NCBI GenBank assembly: GCA_010093705.1
Contig: MU006089.1
Span: 1,304,455 to 1,368,454 of the forward strand
Direction: 5' to 3'
DNA length: 64,000 nucleotides
Source of the DNA: Patellaria atrata CBS 101060
Lineage: Eukaryota
Below the pieces are notes generated by a model that saw only the letters and a program-made list of their open reading frames with translations, did no database searches and was not told the origin of the DNA. The position numbers were made by a program, and so were the translations under genes. This document shows positions 1 to 12,111 of the stretch, in pieces; position 1 is the first letter of the stretch; each line of letters begins with the position of its first letter.

Positions 1-580
1 GACCACTAGAGGAAGATTGCTAACTATGCTCCTTCGCTTTCCTTGCTCGCAATCAGTAAGAACTAAGATCTTCCCCTTCTCCTTTTTTAGTATTCATAGC
101 ATCGACTCATCGTCGCTAACCCCTCATTCTTCATGATTTCTACACGGGTAGAACTGCTCGAAGGTCCCTATCACCTAGGCTATTAATACTATAACTTACA
201 AAGTTATCCGATTACAACCTTCATCTAGATATCTAGAAAATATTTTTTTCAGGTAGAGATTAATACGGGATAGAATTTAAACTAGTTTTAATCTATCATC
301 TTATTAGCGTCTATAGTATTTGATTAGGTTTTACTTCAATAACTATATTATACCATAAAAGCTTGACAAATATTGACGTCTCAACCATAGTGTCGTATAG
401 GGAAGAAGAACGGAAGGGGTTCTGATCGAAATTAGATTGGACAGATTCAACGATGATTATGATAGTGTCGACTTGTTGGAGAACCTTAGCATGTCGACAT
501 TGCTCGAGATGTCCGAGGTGCATGGGACGACCTAAGGCGCTTTGAGGTCACTGAGATACTCGGAGATGCCTGGGATATCT
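1..580 (-). pseudogene. Probable decayed gene remnant, truncated by window edge
   Basis: The 70-aa ORF 523..311 continues into TA-rich sequence with multiple stops; no family recognised. Confidence 0.3.
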
Positions 581-1188
581 GAAGTGCAAGAGCTGTTTGA
601 AAAGATAATAGTTCTTATTGGTGGTTCGTTCTAGCCGCGAAATTGCGGATGGCCGTCCTTAACTTCACGTTGGTGAATCGTAATATTACCCACCGGCCCA
701 TCAGGTACAAGTTGAATAGCCAGTGACAATTTGTCGGTTTGCTATAGTCCTATATGGGTAGAACTGACCGCACGTATTCAGTGTTCAACCTGACTTCAAG
801 GTGCAGTAATCCCCGGAGGTGTGGATTTTGAATTAGTGGGCGTCAAGTCTGAGCTACCCCTATAGTTGATTGAGCTAAATTAAGGCAATAGACACAACTT
901 ATTCAAAATGAAGCCTTCAGCTGAACTGGTGACAATGATAGTTCATAGAGTGAAGCACGGAGTCCATGAAGAGTGAAGTTTACCAGAGAGATACAGCACA
1001 CAAAGCTCTCATCACACTGCTGACATACACTCAGCTCTCACGGACGCGGGTCGTTGTACTGACCTTTTTTTCAAGAGGCAGAAGAGAATAGATTTATTTT
1101 AATTACTTTCGGTAACAACGATTAGGATGCAAAACATTACAGTTTTCTATTTCTAAAATTCACAAGACTGGAACAACACGCGGGATCT

Positions 1189-2043
1189 CTACAACCATGG
1201 AGAGTCTCCTTCGAGTCCGTTATGTACCCTTTCAGGTTGTCTGTAGCGCACTCGATTTCTGATACGATGTAGCATCGCAGTCCAGCCAATATTCTTGTTC
1301 TTATTATCCTTTGGAAAGATCCTCTCGACAAATACCTCGACAGTAACTCTATCGACGGGCGCGTTCCAGTCTTTCTCTGAGACATTTACATGCTCCATCA
1401 ACAAGTCGGAGCCGAGTTTGAGCCCCTTGAGAAGTATTTCATGGTCCTTCGTACTGTGCCATTGATCTCCTAGATTCTCTAATTCTCCACAAAGACGGAA
1501 CCCCATTGTGACGGCCAAGGCGATACGAAGTTCTCTGTTAGAAAGTTCCTTCATGATATTACTGGCCTGAAACTCCAGATCGGCTCGGTCTTGCCGATAA
1601 GCCGAAGCCAGCTTTTCCCACGGCATTTCAGCATAAGCAACTCGAGCACGTTTACGCTCGGTATTCACACTTACTATCAGCTTATCGGTAATCGGGACAA
1701 GTTTGTGGAATTGTGGAATATCTAGCCACCTATCCAAGAGAAGGTCTCTTGCGTACCTATAATCAAGAAAGAACCTCTTGGTTTCAAGACCTGCAAGAAA
1801 TGCCATAAACTGTCGCAAAAATATAGCAAATACACCGAGGTGGAGTGGCGTGTCCTGATCGAATACAGGAAGATCCGAATTCTTTATCGGAAACATGTAG
1901 ACAAACTCATATTCAGGAGTGTCAGGGAGCGGATTTTTCAATAAGCGAGGTCCTTCGAGTTTTACGGGGGATGATGGAGGAGAGGTTGGCGGAGTGGAAA
2001 CTGGGGAGGCTGTAGAGCTCTCGGATAGGTTGGTAGGATACAT
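1189..2043 (-). CDS. Hypothetical protein, 284 aa, S/P-rich N-terminus
   Basis: Long intronless ATG ORF with protein-like composition; no domain recognised. Confidence 0.6.
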   Translation of the reverse strand: MYPTNLSESSTASPVSTPPTSPPSSPVKLEGPRLLKNPLPDTPEYEFVYMFPIKNSDLPVFDQDTPLHLGVFAIFLRQFMAFLAGLETKRFFLDYRYARDLLLDRWLDIPQFHKLVPITDKLIVSVNTERKRARVAYAEMPWEKLASAYRQDRADLEFQASNIMKELSNRELRIALAVTMGFRLCGELENLGDQWHSTKDHEILLKGLKLGSDLLMEHVNVSEKDWNAPVDRVTVEVFVERIFPKDNKNKNIGWTAMLHRIRNRVRYRQPERVHNGLEGDSPWL

Positions 2044-2690
2044 TGCTCTAATGTCGATATTATGGTGCTTTCCGCGGTATAGTTAAGGTTTTTCTAGGAT
2101 CATTTTGTAAGGCTCGTTATGTTCTGGGTCCTCTAAACAATACTGGAACTATAAACCTTAAGAGTGGATGTATCGTATACGGTTTAACAAAGACATAGTT
2201 CAAACATTGGGTTTGAGTACAGCAAACAAAAGAATGTAAAAAAGTACTTATCTGTACGAGTAGAGAATTTACCAATGTTTTTTTATAGGTCTGGTTGTGG
2301 TTTTAACTATGCTTCATACTTATTCAGAAAATGTAAGTATTTGGGTTTTGACTGAAGGAAGATATGGAACTTACGTGTCATATTACCATACTTTATCGAA
2401 ATAAACATAATCTGGAAAGACAAGAAACACTCAGACAAGAGCCTCCATACTGAGCTTTTACAATACAATCCAGTCTGTGACATTGTAAAATTCCAATGAC
2501 TGAAGCACAATTCGTCTCAAAAAAATAGCCAGCATTGTTCAAATTACGTATAAGAGAGTGCTTTTGCTCGCCATATTTATCTAACAACCGTAACAGTCTA
2601 CATTATTTTCAACCCAACGTTTCGATGAATACCTGTACAATACCACAACTATTTGATCATCTGACTGTAGAAGACAAAATCTTTTCGAAA

Positions 2691-3233
2691 ATGTCATCCT
2701 CAAGATCCACGAATCTGTTTGCTTCTACTGACAGTCAAATAGGACAAATCGATAATCTCGCTAGGTTCGCCAAAACATTGCCGCTCAAGAAATCACTTCC
2801 TGAATACATACTCTCATATCTCGACAACCTTGACAACTTCCTTAACAGACAGCAGGGAAAAGGCGAGGCCATGGCCATGAAATTTGATACCCTCAAAACT
2901 CGAGGCCTCGCGCTCAAATACGTCCTAGAGATCCTACACCGCCGCAATATACACCCTCGGAAGAATTTAAGCGAAGAAACCGGAATGAATTGTACGAGAC
3001 TATACTGGGCTTCGATCGCATTGAAAGGTGCACTCTTAGCGATTGGTACAGCAGACGGCAAAGAATATGGGAAACACGGTGAGTGGATTCATGGTGAGGG
3101 TTGGGTGAAAGCAACGGATGCACAGAAGAGGAGATTGATAATTGAGGTAAGGGAAATGAAGAGAGTCTTGAAGAAGATAACTGGCAAGAGCTGGTGTATC
3201 ATTGAGGAACTGAAGATTGGGCGAACCGAATAG
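2691..3233 (+). CDS. Hypothetical protein (~180 aa)
   Basis: ORF 2535..3233; most likely start is AAAATG at 2691 (MSSSRSTNLF...). Confidence 0.5.
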   Translation: MSSSRSTNLFASTDSQIGQIDNLARFAKTLPLKKSLPEYILSYLDNLDNFLNRQQGKGEAMAMKFDTLKTRGLALKYVLEILHRRNIHPRKNLSEETGMNCTRLYWASIALKGALLAIGTADGKEYGKHGEWIHGEGWVKATDAQKRRLIIEVREMKRVLKKITGKSWCIIEELKIGRTE

Positions 3234-3794
3234 GTGAATCAACCTTAAGGTGTATTACTCGGCTTTAGCAATCGTATAGTGGATATTAAATAGATAATAC
3301 AGAAAAGCCTACCCTCTAGACCCCTTTTGCAGTGCCACTTTGAATCTCTCACTTTTTGATGTTTCAGTTACGAAGCTGGCAGAAAGTAAACGTTTAGATG
3401 GTGATGGAGCAAAGATAGCAACAATACTCGTACAGCATTAATTTGTTGTCTATCGCTTTCGACCTCACTTGAGTGATCTTGATGTGATATTACGTACTGG
3501 AGTCTTTTCGGGGTGGTAATACTCAGCCTGTAATAGGGGGTTTCAGTAGAAGCAGTATCGCGACGAACGATCCTATACTCCATCCTATTGTGCCCATACT
3601 CACTTTACCTCTACTCAGACTGAACCTTCATTTTGAGAATTAACGAATACTCTTAAGTGAAAGATAGTATATCGTGCTCGACTTTCTTGACCCAGTCAAC
3701 TCTTCAACGAATATCCGTAATCCTCGAGTATGTATCACAACCATACTCCCTTAGATTCAACGAGACTAACAGATAAAGCATCAATACAATCAAA

Positions 3795-4205
3795 ATGTCA
3801 CAAACATCCAAGACGACATTGGGGCCCGACGAGAACCACATTGAGTGGATACGGAGCTGGCTCCACGAAGTCAACGCGCTTTTTGCGGACGCACCGACGA
3901 TGGACCGGATCTACGACGTCCTCTAGCTTGTCGCCCGGTTGCACCTGGAGGAACGGATCCTGACCGAGGACACCGAGGACTTAGCTGTCATACTCTCCTC
4001 GATGTTGACCATCGGGGATGAAGTCCAAAGGGCCCTGCAGGTGGGGTCAGCTGAAGGTGCGAAACTAGAGGCCGGGGTGGAGAGAGTAAACGTAGGGTTG
4101 GTGGCGAAAATGCTGGGGAGGATTCAGACGAGACTGGAGAGGCTGGCGAGAGTGGATGGGCCCGAAATGAGAACCAGGAGAAGGACAGCAGAAGATAGAT
4201 CCTAA
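3795..4205 (+). pseudogene. Orphan gene with one in-frame TAG (3924-3926)
   Basis: CAAAATG at 3795 is in frame with ORF 3939..4205: MSQTSKTTLGPDENHIEWIRSWLHEVNALFADAPTMDRIYDVL*LVARLHLEERIL... Confidence 0.6.
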
Positions 4206-4731
4206 GAGAGAGTCTCTCGGTTGAAGTGAGGATTTAGTCAAGCTGGTCTTGCTACTTCCTTCGCCGGAAGATTACATACGAAGTCTCTGAGAGCATTTGT
4301 CTGCAGTTGGAACCAGTATTAGCCTGCGCCACCAGACGAACGATACTGAAAGCCTTTTCGAAAATGATACCCTCTCCGTACGATGGAGTACGGCTACAAA
4401 AGATACTGTGCCCCAAGCTTTGACTGAATGTGTGACTTGAGATAAATATACCCGTAGAGAAACAGGATGCTCCAGTATCTGTACGTTTTACACACCAAAA
4501 GAAACATAGTCACAGCGCAGATTGATGGGTATAAACTGATTATAGGTGAAATAAGTCAAGAAAAATTCCGTTGTATAGATTTATGATGGGTTGTGGTGCA
4601 CGCAAGAGATCCAGGGGTAGAAATAAGGTACGGAACCGTTCCGCCACTACGGTATATAGATCGATTCCAACATTTCTACCTTATCCGACAGCATCGCCAT
4701 CTTCAGAACCGACGGGAGGATTTGGATAAAG

Positions 4732-5769
4732 ATGGCATCTTCACGTTCATATAACTGTATACGTTGCATATCGCGTGCTTCTTGCCGTCAATATACCACA
4801 TCCTCTTCCCGGTTGGACTGGACATCTCACTTCACCCAGAAAGCCCAACCTCGACCAATGCACGAATCATCCAAAAGTCCATACTTGAATCCACGTCCAG
4901 CTCAGCCCAAACCTTCTCTTAAAACTCAGAATCGATCACCCACGCAATCTTCATTAAACTATCCCGGACACTCTGCCCACCCTTCCCATGGTCCCCAGGC
5001 GTCCCACTCCATCCCTACCGTCGAACCTACGGACTCACCCATCAAGTTCTTCGATTTAGACGCGAACGATCCGTCCGCCGTACCCGTCCCCACATCCATG
5101 CACTCAGATATTGCAGAAATGGAGGCGATGAAGCGCGAGCTACGGGAGTTAAAATCCGACTTAGAAAAGACTATGGGGCGCGACAGCATTAAGGAAACCA
5201 TCCTGTCCGCAGTCGAGGACCCTAAGGACCGGGAAGAGATGCGCCAGGAGATTGATGGGCGCCTACGATTCTTCGACTCGTTGCGAATACCCATGCCCAG
5301 GTTTGTCCTGGAAAAGGGGAAGAAGAGGGCCGCTGGAAGGAAAAAGAAGGAGCGCTTGATGAGGATTACGAAACCAAGATTAGACCACCTTAATTCGGTG
5401 CTTAGAGCTGCTTCGCTCAGGGGTTCAGAGCCGAATTCGAGAAAGGCCCTGTGGAGGGCATATGTGCGGTATAGTATGTTGTTTGTGTCGACATCACCAC
5501 ATCATACGCAGTCATTGTCTCCTATTTCTGAAAAGTCATGGGAAGTGATATGGCGGAGTCAAGATGTCGAGGGGTTTGTCAAGGATGGAAGTGGAAGTGG
5601 GTTCAAAAAAGCAGCAGAAGTGGTAAATCGGCAGCGGGAAGAAAGGTTGGGCTTGCTGAGGAAGCATATGAGGATGGTCAGGTTGGTGCCATTTGATGAG
5701 AGAGAAGAGTGGAGCAAACAGAACCGTGAACTAAAAGAATTAGAACTCAAGGAGACTAGTGCCTTCTGA
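4732..5769 (+). CDS. Hypothetical protein, probably mitochondrial, with coiled coil
   Basis: 345-aa ORF; R/S-rich presequence-like N-terminus (CIRCISRASCRQYTTSSSR); coiled coil EMEAMKRELRELKSDLEK. Confidence 0.65.
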   Translation: MASSRSYNCIRCISRASCRQYTTSSSRLDWTSHFTQKAQPRPMHESSKSPYLNPRPAQPKPSLKTQNRSPTQSSLNYPGHSAHPSHGPQASHSIPTVEPTDSPIKFFDLDANDPSAVPVPTSMHSDIAEMEAMKRELRELKSDLEKTMGRDSIKETILSAVEDPKDREEMRQEIDGRLRFFDSLRIPMPRFVLEKGKKRAAGRKKKERLMRITKPRLDHLNSVLRAASLRGSEPNSRKALWRAYVRYSMLFVSTSPHHTQSLSPISEKSWEVIWRSQDVEGFVKDGSGSGFKKAAEVVNRQREERLGLLRKHMRMVRLVPFDEREEWSKQNRELKELELKETSAF

Positions 5770-6013
5770 TAAGCAGAGGCCATGGTCGGGAAATAGATAC
5801 GAAGCGGTAACATTATGAACAGTTGGGGGTGCCCACGGCATCGTGTCGAATGTACATTTACTGTATAGTCCCAATAGAGACAGTCTCCCAGTGTCCTCCG
5901 CAAGAGATTCTCCCCGGTACTGAACCATAAATATGATCGAATTGACACCAATTGTACCCTTCTGAATACTTTTCCTGCTAACAACCGCACGCGCAGTATG
6001 TAAAATATTATGA

Positions 6014-7984
6014 TTATCTCCGTCGACCGATTGTCTTCCAATCAGAACCAATGAAATTTCTAAAGGTAACGCCCAACCTCCGATCCATCGCAGCAAATCC
6101 CGCCAGAAAATCCGTCATCAATCCTCTAAGCTGCAATCTCCTTATCCTTGGCATACCAGCTTTCTCGCTTCTCTGGGATTTCATCCAATCCCACGACTCA
6201 AGGAGACTGGTAAACGGGACAACAACATGCCACCACCATGCCCAAACCCAGACATCGTCACAGTCAAAGAGTTCCTCTTTATAGAAAAATAGACGGTCGA
6301 AAAGGTCCGTTACTCCTTGGACAAGCACTACAAAGTTCGACATTGAGGGGTGCAAAAGTAGATTTACCAGGGGAGAAATAACTAAAGCTGATAAAGAGGT
6401 AGGAAAGGAGTAAACACCCTTGATTTTTGGCGTTACCGAGGATTCGGTAAGTGACGGCGTTTCGTTTATATTTCTTGCCATAGCAGTGGAAGATATTTCC
6501 GAGGCAGAAGAACCCTCGGCGCCGTTGGATTCCGTCCGTTGCGGTTCGATGGAATGCGAGAGGAGATAAAAAGCGAGAGCGGTGGATGGGACTGGAGTGC
6601 AATCTATAGCGTAAAGACATGTGGAGGAGCCGGTTTGGGTGGATCGGGACTCTGCAAGAAAGTGAATGGAGAGGAAGTAGAGTAACGGGGCCGTACTTGA
6701 CAGACACTTCAAATCGCCCAGAGCCCTGTGCTGGTGATGATGAATACCACTTTCGGTATCACGGCCCGGATGAGTACTGTCTTGGGGACTAATTTTCGCG
6801 ATGAAAATTTCTGTAAATGATCTCATAGCATTATGAAGCGGGTTTGACGGCGGTAGGAAAGCGTCATTATCGTCGGTAACGGTGAAAACCTGCAGCTGAC
6901 TGTTATAGACGAGAGAGTGCGCATTAAAGGCCTTCCCGTCAATGCATTCGCGAAGAATCCAGGGGCTGGACGCTGAGATGGGAAGCGAGGCAATAAGTTG
7001 GTATGTTGAGTTCATCGACTCAAGGGGTATGGTTATCATAGCGGAATCTTGTCCTGGGCCGTTTGCAGTGGACTGCGTTACGGAATTGTTTCTATCTCTG
7101 TACATGTCCCATATCGGGACTACGCCGCCCTCTTTTGCATCCTTTTCTACCACAGATTCTCGAGATCGATTGCTTAGACTATTCCATTGACATAAAGTGT
7201 ATTCTCTTTGCTTCGCTCCTGGCTTTCGACCGACAAGGTCAGAATGTAATGTCGAATGCAGTTCCCCCCTACTCTTGACCAATCGTGTCTCTGGCGTTGT
7301 GATTCCCGGTTCACTCAGCCCGGTAACAAATTTCATAAATTTAGTTGGATCGACGAAAAGGCTCGTGGCGTTCGAAGGAGGATATAGGATATGACAAGAA
7401 TTCCTCTCTTCCATGTACTGTCTTGCTTTCACGAGACTCGAAGGGGGGAGAGGTTCGAGGGGTAAATAAAAAGTTGCACCCAAAAATTCAATAACTGTTA
7501 ATAAATTGGAGATATCCCCAACTTCTCTGTTATCATCGAAACCGCGCATGCTACTCGCGGGGATATTTCCATTTTCGAACTCGACAATGTCGCCATGGGA
7601 AACAGTCAGCGCTGAGGAAGATACTGTTTTATCTCCAAGAAATACAACCTTTGCTATTGACCTCGATAACCATGCTGCCGATTGTAACCTCCAAAATTTA
7701 GCTTTTGTATATTCTGCTATAACAATGCGGTAACCCGCACTCTGGAATAAGCGCGCAAATGGGATGATGGTGGTGGGGCTGCCGGTAACCACAACCTGCT
7801 TTCTTCCATTTTGCTCATGGGTTTGTGAAGGATTCGATGTACGTGTACTGAGTGTATGCCGGATACGTTGAACTGAGGATAGAACAAGGAGAGCGGTGAT
7901 GGTGAGGGGAAGAAAGGTAATGCTGGTGAGGATCAAGAGCAAGGGGTGGGATGTGCTCAGTACAAGGGGAGTGGCCGGGGTCAT
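6014..7984 (-). CDS. Divergent ATP-grasp fold protein, similar to fungal MysC-type (mycosporine) ATP-grasp ligases
   Basis: N-terminal TM; VVVTG...FARLFQSAGYRIVIAE; LPISASSPWILRECIDG; AIDCTP; C-terminal FYKEELFDCDDVWVWAWWWHVVVP. This matches the layout of the family as I recall it. Confidence 0.65.
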   Translation of the reverse strand: MTPATPLVLSTSHPLLLILTSITFLPLTITALLVLSSVQRIRHTLSTRTSNPSQTHEQNGRKQVVVTGSPTTIIPFARLFQSAGYRIVIAEYTKAKFWRLQSAAWLSRSIAKVVFLGDKTVSSSALTVSHGDIVEFENGNIPASSMRGFDDNREVGDISNLLTVIEFLGATFYLPLEPLPPSSLVKARQYMEERNSCHILYPPSNATSLFVDPTKFMKFVTGLSEPGITTPETRLVKSRGELHSTLHSDLVGRKPGAKQREYTLCQWNSLSNRSRESVVEKDAKEGGVVPIWDMYRDRNNSVTQSTANGPGQDSAMITIPLESMNSTYQLIASLPISASSPWILRECIDGKAFNAHSLVYNSQLQVFTVTDDNDAFLPPSNPLHNAMRSFTEIFIAKISPQDSTHPGRDTESGIHHHQHRALGDLKCLSSTAPLLYFLSIHFLAESRSTQTGSSTCLYAIDCTPVPSTALAFYLLSHSIEPQRTESNGAEGSSASEISSTAMARNINETPSLTESSVTPKIKGVYSFPTSLSALVISPLVNLLLHPSMSNFVVLVQGVTDLFDRLFFYKEELFDCDDVWVWAWWWHVVVPFTSLLESWDWMKSQRSEKAGMPRIRRLQLRGLMTDFLAGFAAMDRRLGVTFRNFIGSDWKTIGRRR

Positions 7985-8541
7985 TGTGAAAACAACTTCA
8001 CAGCCGTAGGGTGCTCAAAAACATTGTTCATCCAAAAAACCAACTATGGAGATGATATTGTAAAACTTATGGAGATACCGTAAATACCTATAGGAGTCTA
8101 TGACATCAAATCTACAGCGAAACTGCGTTAACACTGCCAAGCTGTGGCACCGAATATGGCACTAGCTAGGTGGTGTTCCTCAACTTCTAATTTCACTTTC
8201 TTCGAATATCTTTGATCTTATATGTCTGTCATATGTTCATTGCTTGTCTACTCTGTCTCTTCTTTCTTTATATTAATTCATTCCCTCTGTGTTGATCGCA
8301 ATCCCTTTCTGTCTGTTGCCCCTGCTTCGAACGGGAATGCTAGACGTGCTGTTAAGATTCTCGAGATTCTACCCATGCGGAGTAAAAAGGATTGGGAAGA
8401 GAGGGTATTGTTTGGAAGGCAAGCCCTATACCGGTCTTTTGGTCCCACACATAGGAGCCATGGAGCGGATTTGACGACTATATCTCATAGCTTCTGATTC
8501 AAGTTCCTCAATTTTTTTTTATTTTTGGTCTTTGGGCATTT

Positions 8542-8714
8542 TGTCACGGGTTAGACCCGATAGGTATAAGTGCCTTGGATGATCCAGCGGCTTAGTCATA
8601 CTGTACTTTAGCAGAACAGCATACGCTGTCTCAACACTTTCTTTCCTTAAGTTTAAGCTTCATGTATATGTAGCAATATACCTTTCAGCTTCCATCTGAG
8701 GTTGAGCTTTGACA
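8542..8714 (+). mobile_element. Solo LTR (173 bp), probably Ty3/gypsy; copy A
   Basis: TGTCA...TGACA termini; perfect 5-bp TSD CATTT (8537-8541, 8715-8719); homologous to 51847..52126 and 63543..63715 in reverse orientation. Confidence 0.92.
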
Positions 8715-9685
8715 CATTTCAACAAAAAAGTCGTCCCCAAGACTGCATTTCTACATTTGGTATTTCCATGTTCTTTTTTTTTTTTTAAACAACTTCTCAC
8801 CCTGAAGACTTTTGCCCGACGGATCAACTTCGCATCCCGCCCAAGGTGCATTTTCGGTGTGATTAGATTCATATAAATATATCTTTGTTTCTGGATTCCT
8901 TTTAGATTCCAGTGAACCGCATTGAGCGACAACCTAGGGATCTTGGAAGGAATACCGGCGCTGACTGGCCATATCCTACGGAATTGACAGAACTCCCTTT
9001 CCATCCGTGCCTCGTTACTACACGGCAGTTCCGCTGTCTACTGCTTAAATTTCATATAAAAAACCCCATTTATCTATCAGCGACTCGGAGAATCCTCAGT
9101 AAAACTTGCGAGATTTCTAATCTGATATGCAGAACTAATGTTGGACTATCAGCTATTTCACCATTTGTGCGCAACCTTCGTCAATACTTACAAATACATT
9201 TCGAGCAGTGGCGCATACTTCCATCAACAATACCCGAGAAAAGGTACGTACATCAAAGCCATAAACAGCCCTACGAGTGCGACATCGTCTAATTGGAGCC
9301 CTACGTAGCTTAAGTATGTTGTGCGCATATTGGTGAGACCAACCCGTCGCTCGTCCTCCACGCACCTTGCGTTTGGAATAGCCGAAGATATAATCGAAAG
9401 TAAAAGTTTTGACCAATAATATGCGCGGAGACTTTTAGGTTATGCTGTTAGAGTCTGTTGGCCCCAAACGCTGCTGGCCCCCATGCGTGAGAACTCCAGT
9501 TAGGTTTTCTGTTATACAGAGCAGAGCAATGTATAAACTGAATTATGACCCTAAGGTAGTGTGCACAGCGTTTAGTTCCCTCTGTATAGATTCTTTCCAA
9601 TATATATATGGACTTTTCAGATCGAATATACTCATATGCTATATTTCAGTAACTGGTTACGGAAATTCCCTCGATTGGTTTTCAG

Positions 9686-10921
9686 ATGGCAGGGCTGGTT
9701 CCAATACCAGCTGGCCCTCCACCACCAGGAAGAATTTCCAACTTCCATGATCCGCCGTCATTGAGCGCGCTCATGGTCGTGCTCTTTACTGTGCTCATAG
9801 GGCTTACTGCCATAGTATTAGTGTTGCGATTGGTAACAACCTACCATACAAAACAAATTTCTGGAGTGGGAGTCGGTTGGGCAGAATGTGAGTGAATTGT
9901 ATAATACCTCTATATAGCGCATAAGACTGACAACACAAAGATACATCTATCATCGCGACAGTTCTGTCAATCGTTCAGTCTTGCATCGTTCTTTCCTGTA
10001 CGCCCGCAAATCCATCAAAACTAGGCGAATACCCCCTGCTAACATCCTCAGTATCCAAATACATGCGCCATCAATGGAACGTTCCCCTCAGCTGGATGAC
10101 CCCAAGTCTCTTCCAAGTAACTTCTCCCCTCACCGCTCTTCCAATTCTCAAGGGAACCCCTCCCCTAACATCTTCCCCCAACAGCGAACTTATGCGCAAT
10201 CCGTCCTCGCCGGTCCCGCCATCTTCTCCGCCAAACTTTCCATCCTCCTCCTCTACCTGCGAATCTTCCAAATCAAACGCTCCATGCGGGTGGCCATCTA
10301 CTGCGGCATCGTCGCCGCCGCTCTCATCTACCTACCCAACATCTTCGTTATCAGCTACTTCTGCACCGCTCACGTGGGCGAAGACTGGTCGCTGGTCGTG
10401 GGACTGCGCTGCGGGGACCCGCGCATGCTGTGGTGCTATGTCGGTATGGCGATCCTGTCGCTGCTACTTGATATGTATATCGTGCTGCTGCCGGTGCCGG
10501 TGGTTGTGGGACTGAAGTTGAGCGAGAAGGGCAAAGTGGGCGTATTACTGATGTTTTTCACGGCGGGCTTGTGAGTAGTCTCGAGTCTCGCCGGAGTTTA
10601 CTTTTTGTTGGTTGATGCTGATGTTAGTGTTGTAGTGCGGTTATTGCGGCAACATTGCATCTGATATATCGCATCGAGATGCTGAGGACCAGAGATCAGA
10701 TGTGGAGGGGCGCACAGCTCTTCATATGCAAGTAAGTATGTCATTCCAGCCTACCCTTGTGCTGCTCTAATAATCTGCTTAGCGCGGTGGAAAATTACGT
10801 GGCTATCATCGTGGGTTGCATGCCAGGGTGCGCGACCTATATTAAGATCTGTAAACGTAAGTCACCTTTTAGGACGAGTGTTACATCTTGGGCAGGCCCT
10901 GCAAGATGTGACAGGTTGTGA
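9686..10921 (+). CDS. PTH11-like / fungal rhodopsin-domain integral membrane protein (multi-exon)
   Basis: PPPPGRISNFHDPP, RHQWNVP, AKLSILLLYLRIF, DMYIVLLPVP, VENYVAIIVGCMP motifs; five GT-AG introns with branch sites. Confidence 0.88.
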
Positions 10922-12111
10922 AGAGAGTGCCTCGAATCAGTAACGGAGAGACAAGGTTCAAATTCGTTTTGTTCTCCTAACCGCAGTGGATAACATCTTA
11001 CTCTGCCACCGGAGCTACTAGCAAGATCGACAGAAATATGTGTCTAATCAAGAGTTTTAATCAGCTGGATGCATATTTCTATTCTTTATTTTTTGAACGC
11101 GAGTCTTCCAGACTGAGATCTTGGGAATACCCGTAGTGTCTGAAGCTCCTGCTAAAGTGACTCAGAGACGCTTTTCTAGAGGTGCTGCTTAGTAAATCTC
11201 TCTCTAAAATATAATAACATGGCCTGCGGTAACACGCCCGGTAAGGTAGGACCTATAGGGGAGGCGATGCATTCGGCATACACCAGTGAACCAGACCATA
11301 TTTTACCCAGAGTAGGATCCATGCGGAGTCGAGGTTCCTTACCCATCCTCCTCAGCTGTAGAGAATAGACGATACTAGATCACTAGGCGTTAGATGACAA
11401 CAGTGCAATGACGAACTTTCTGTGACTAGTTGTTTGAGCTGTGTAATGCACAACACTAGAAAGATTTCGAAGGCTGTCCGACTCGTAAGTATTTCGTATG
11501 CAATAAAAAGGCTGCTTACGGCAGCTGTATGACCAGAGTATCTCTGTACTGCTACAATGTACCTAAATCATCGTGCTATAACCGCTGTAGATAAAGGTGT
11601 TCGAGATTGGTGATCGCCTTGATCTTTAGCTTCACGACGCTGCACTGTAAGTTGCAAGGGATTTACTACTCACTGGGTGTAACTGTGGACCGTCTGACTG
11701 GGTGAATAATGTTGGATATTTAACCTAACTGGTGTCATCAATCGAGAATGTGGGCATACGTGGTATGAGGTGGAGGTTCTGGTATCGTCTGTTTAATGTC
11801 ATCATATTATCTATCCATCTTTTTCACATTGCTCCGAAATGAGATGATGAAGCCATCATATATATATCGTAGGACAAATATATCAGCTAACTCATTACGC
11901 AACTTTCCCATATATATTCGTGCTCGTTAATCATATCACTGATGAAGTTGAAAACATAGAAAATAGCCAAATATTGTCTCGCGCTTGAAGAAAACTAAGA
12001 TTTGAGCGTCACTTCACATGGACATTGCCCTGATGACATAGGAGTCCTGCTCGTTGAGCACAGATTGAAAAGAGAGACAAGGAAACGACTGCCTTCAAGC
12101 GTCCAATCCAC

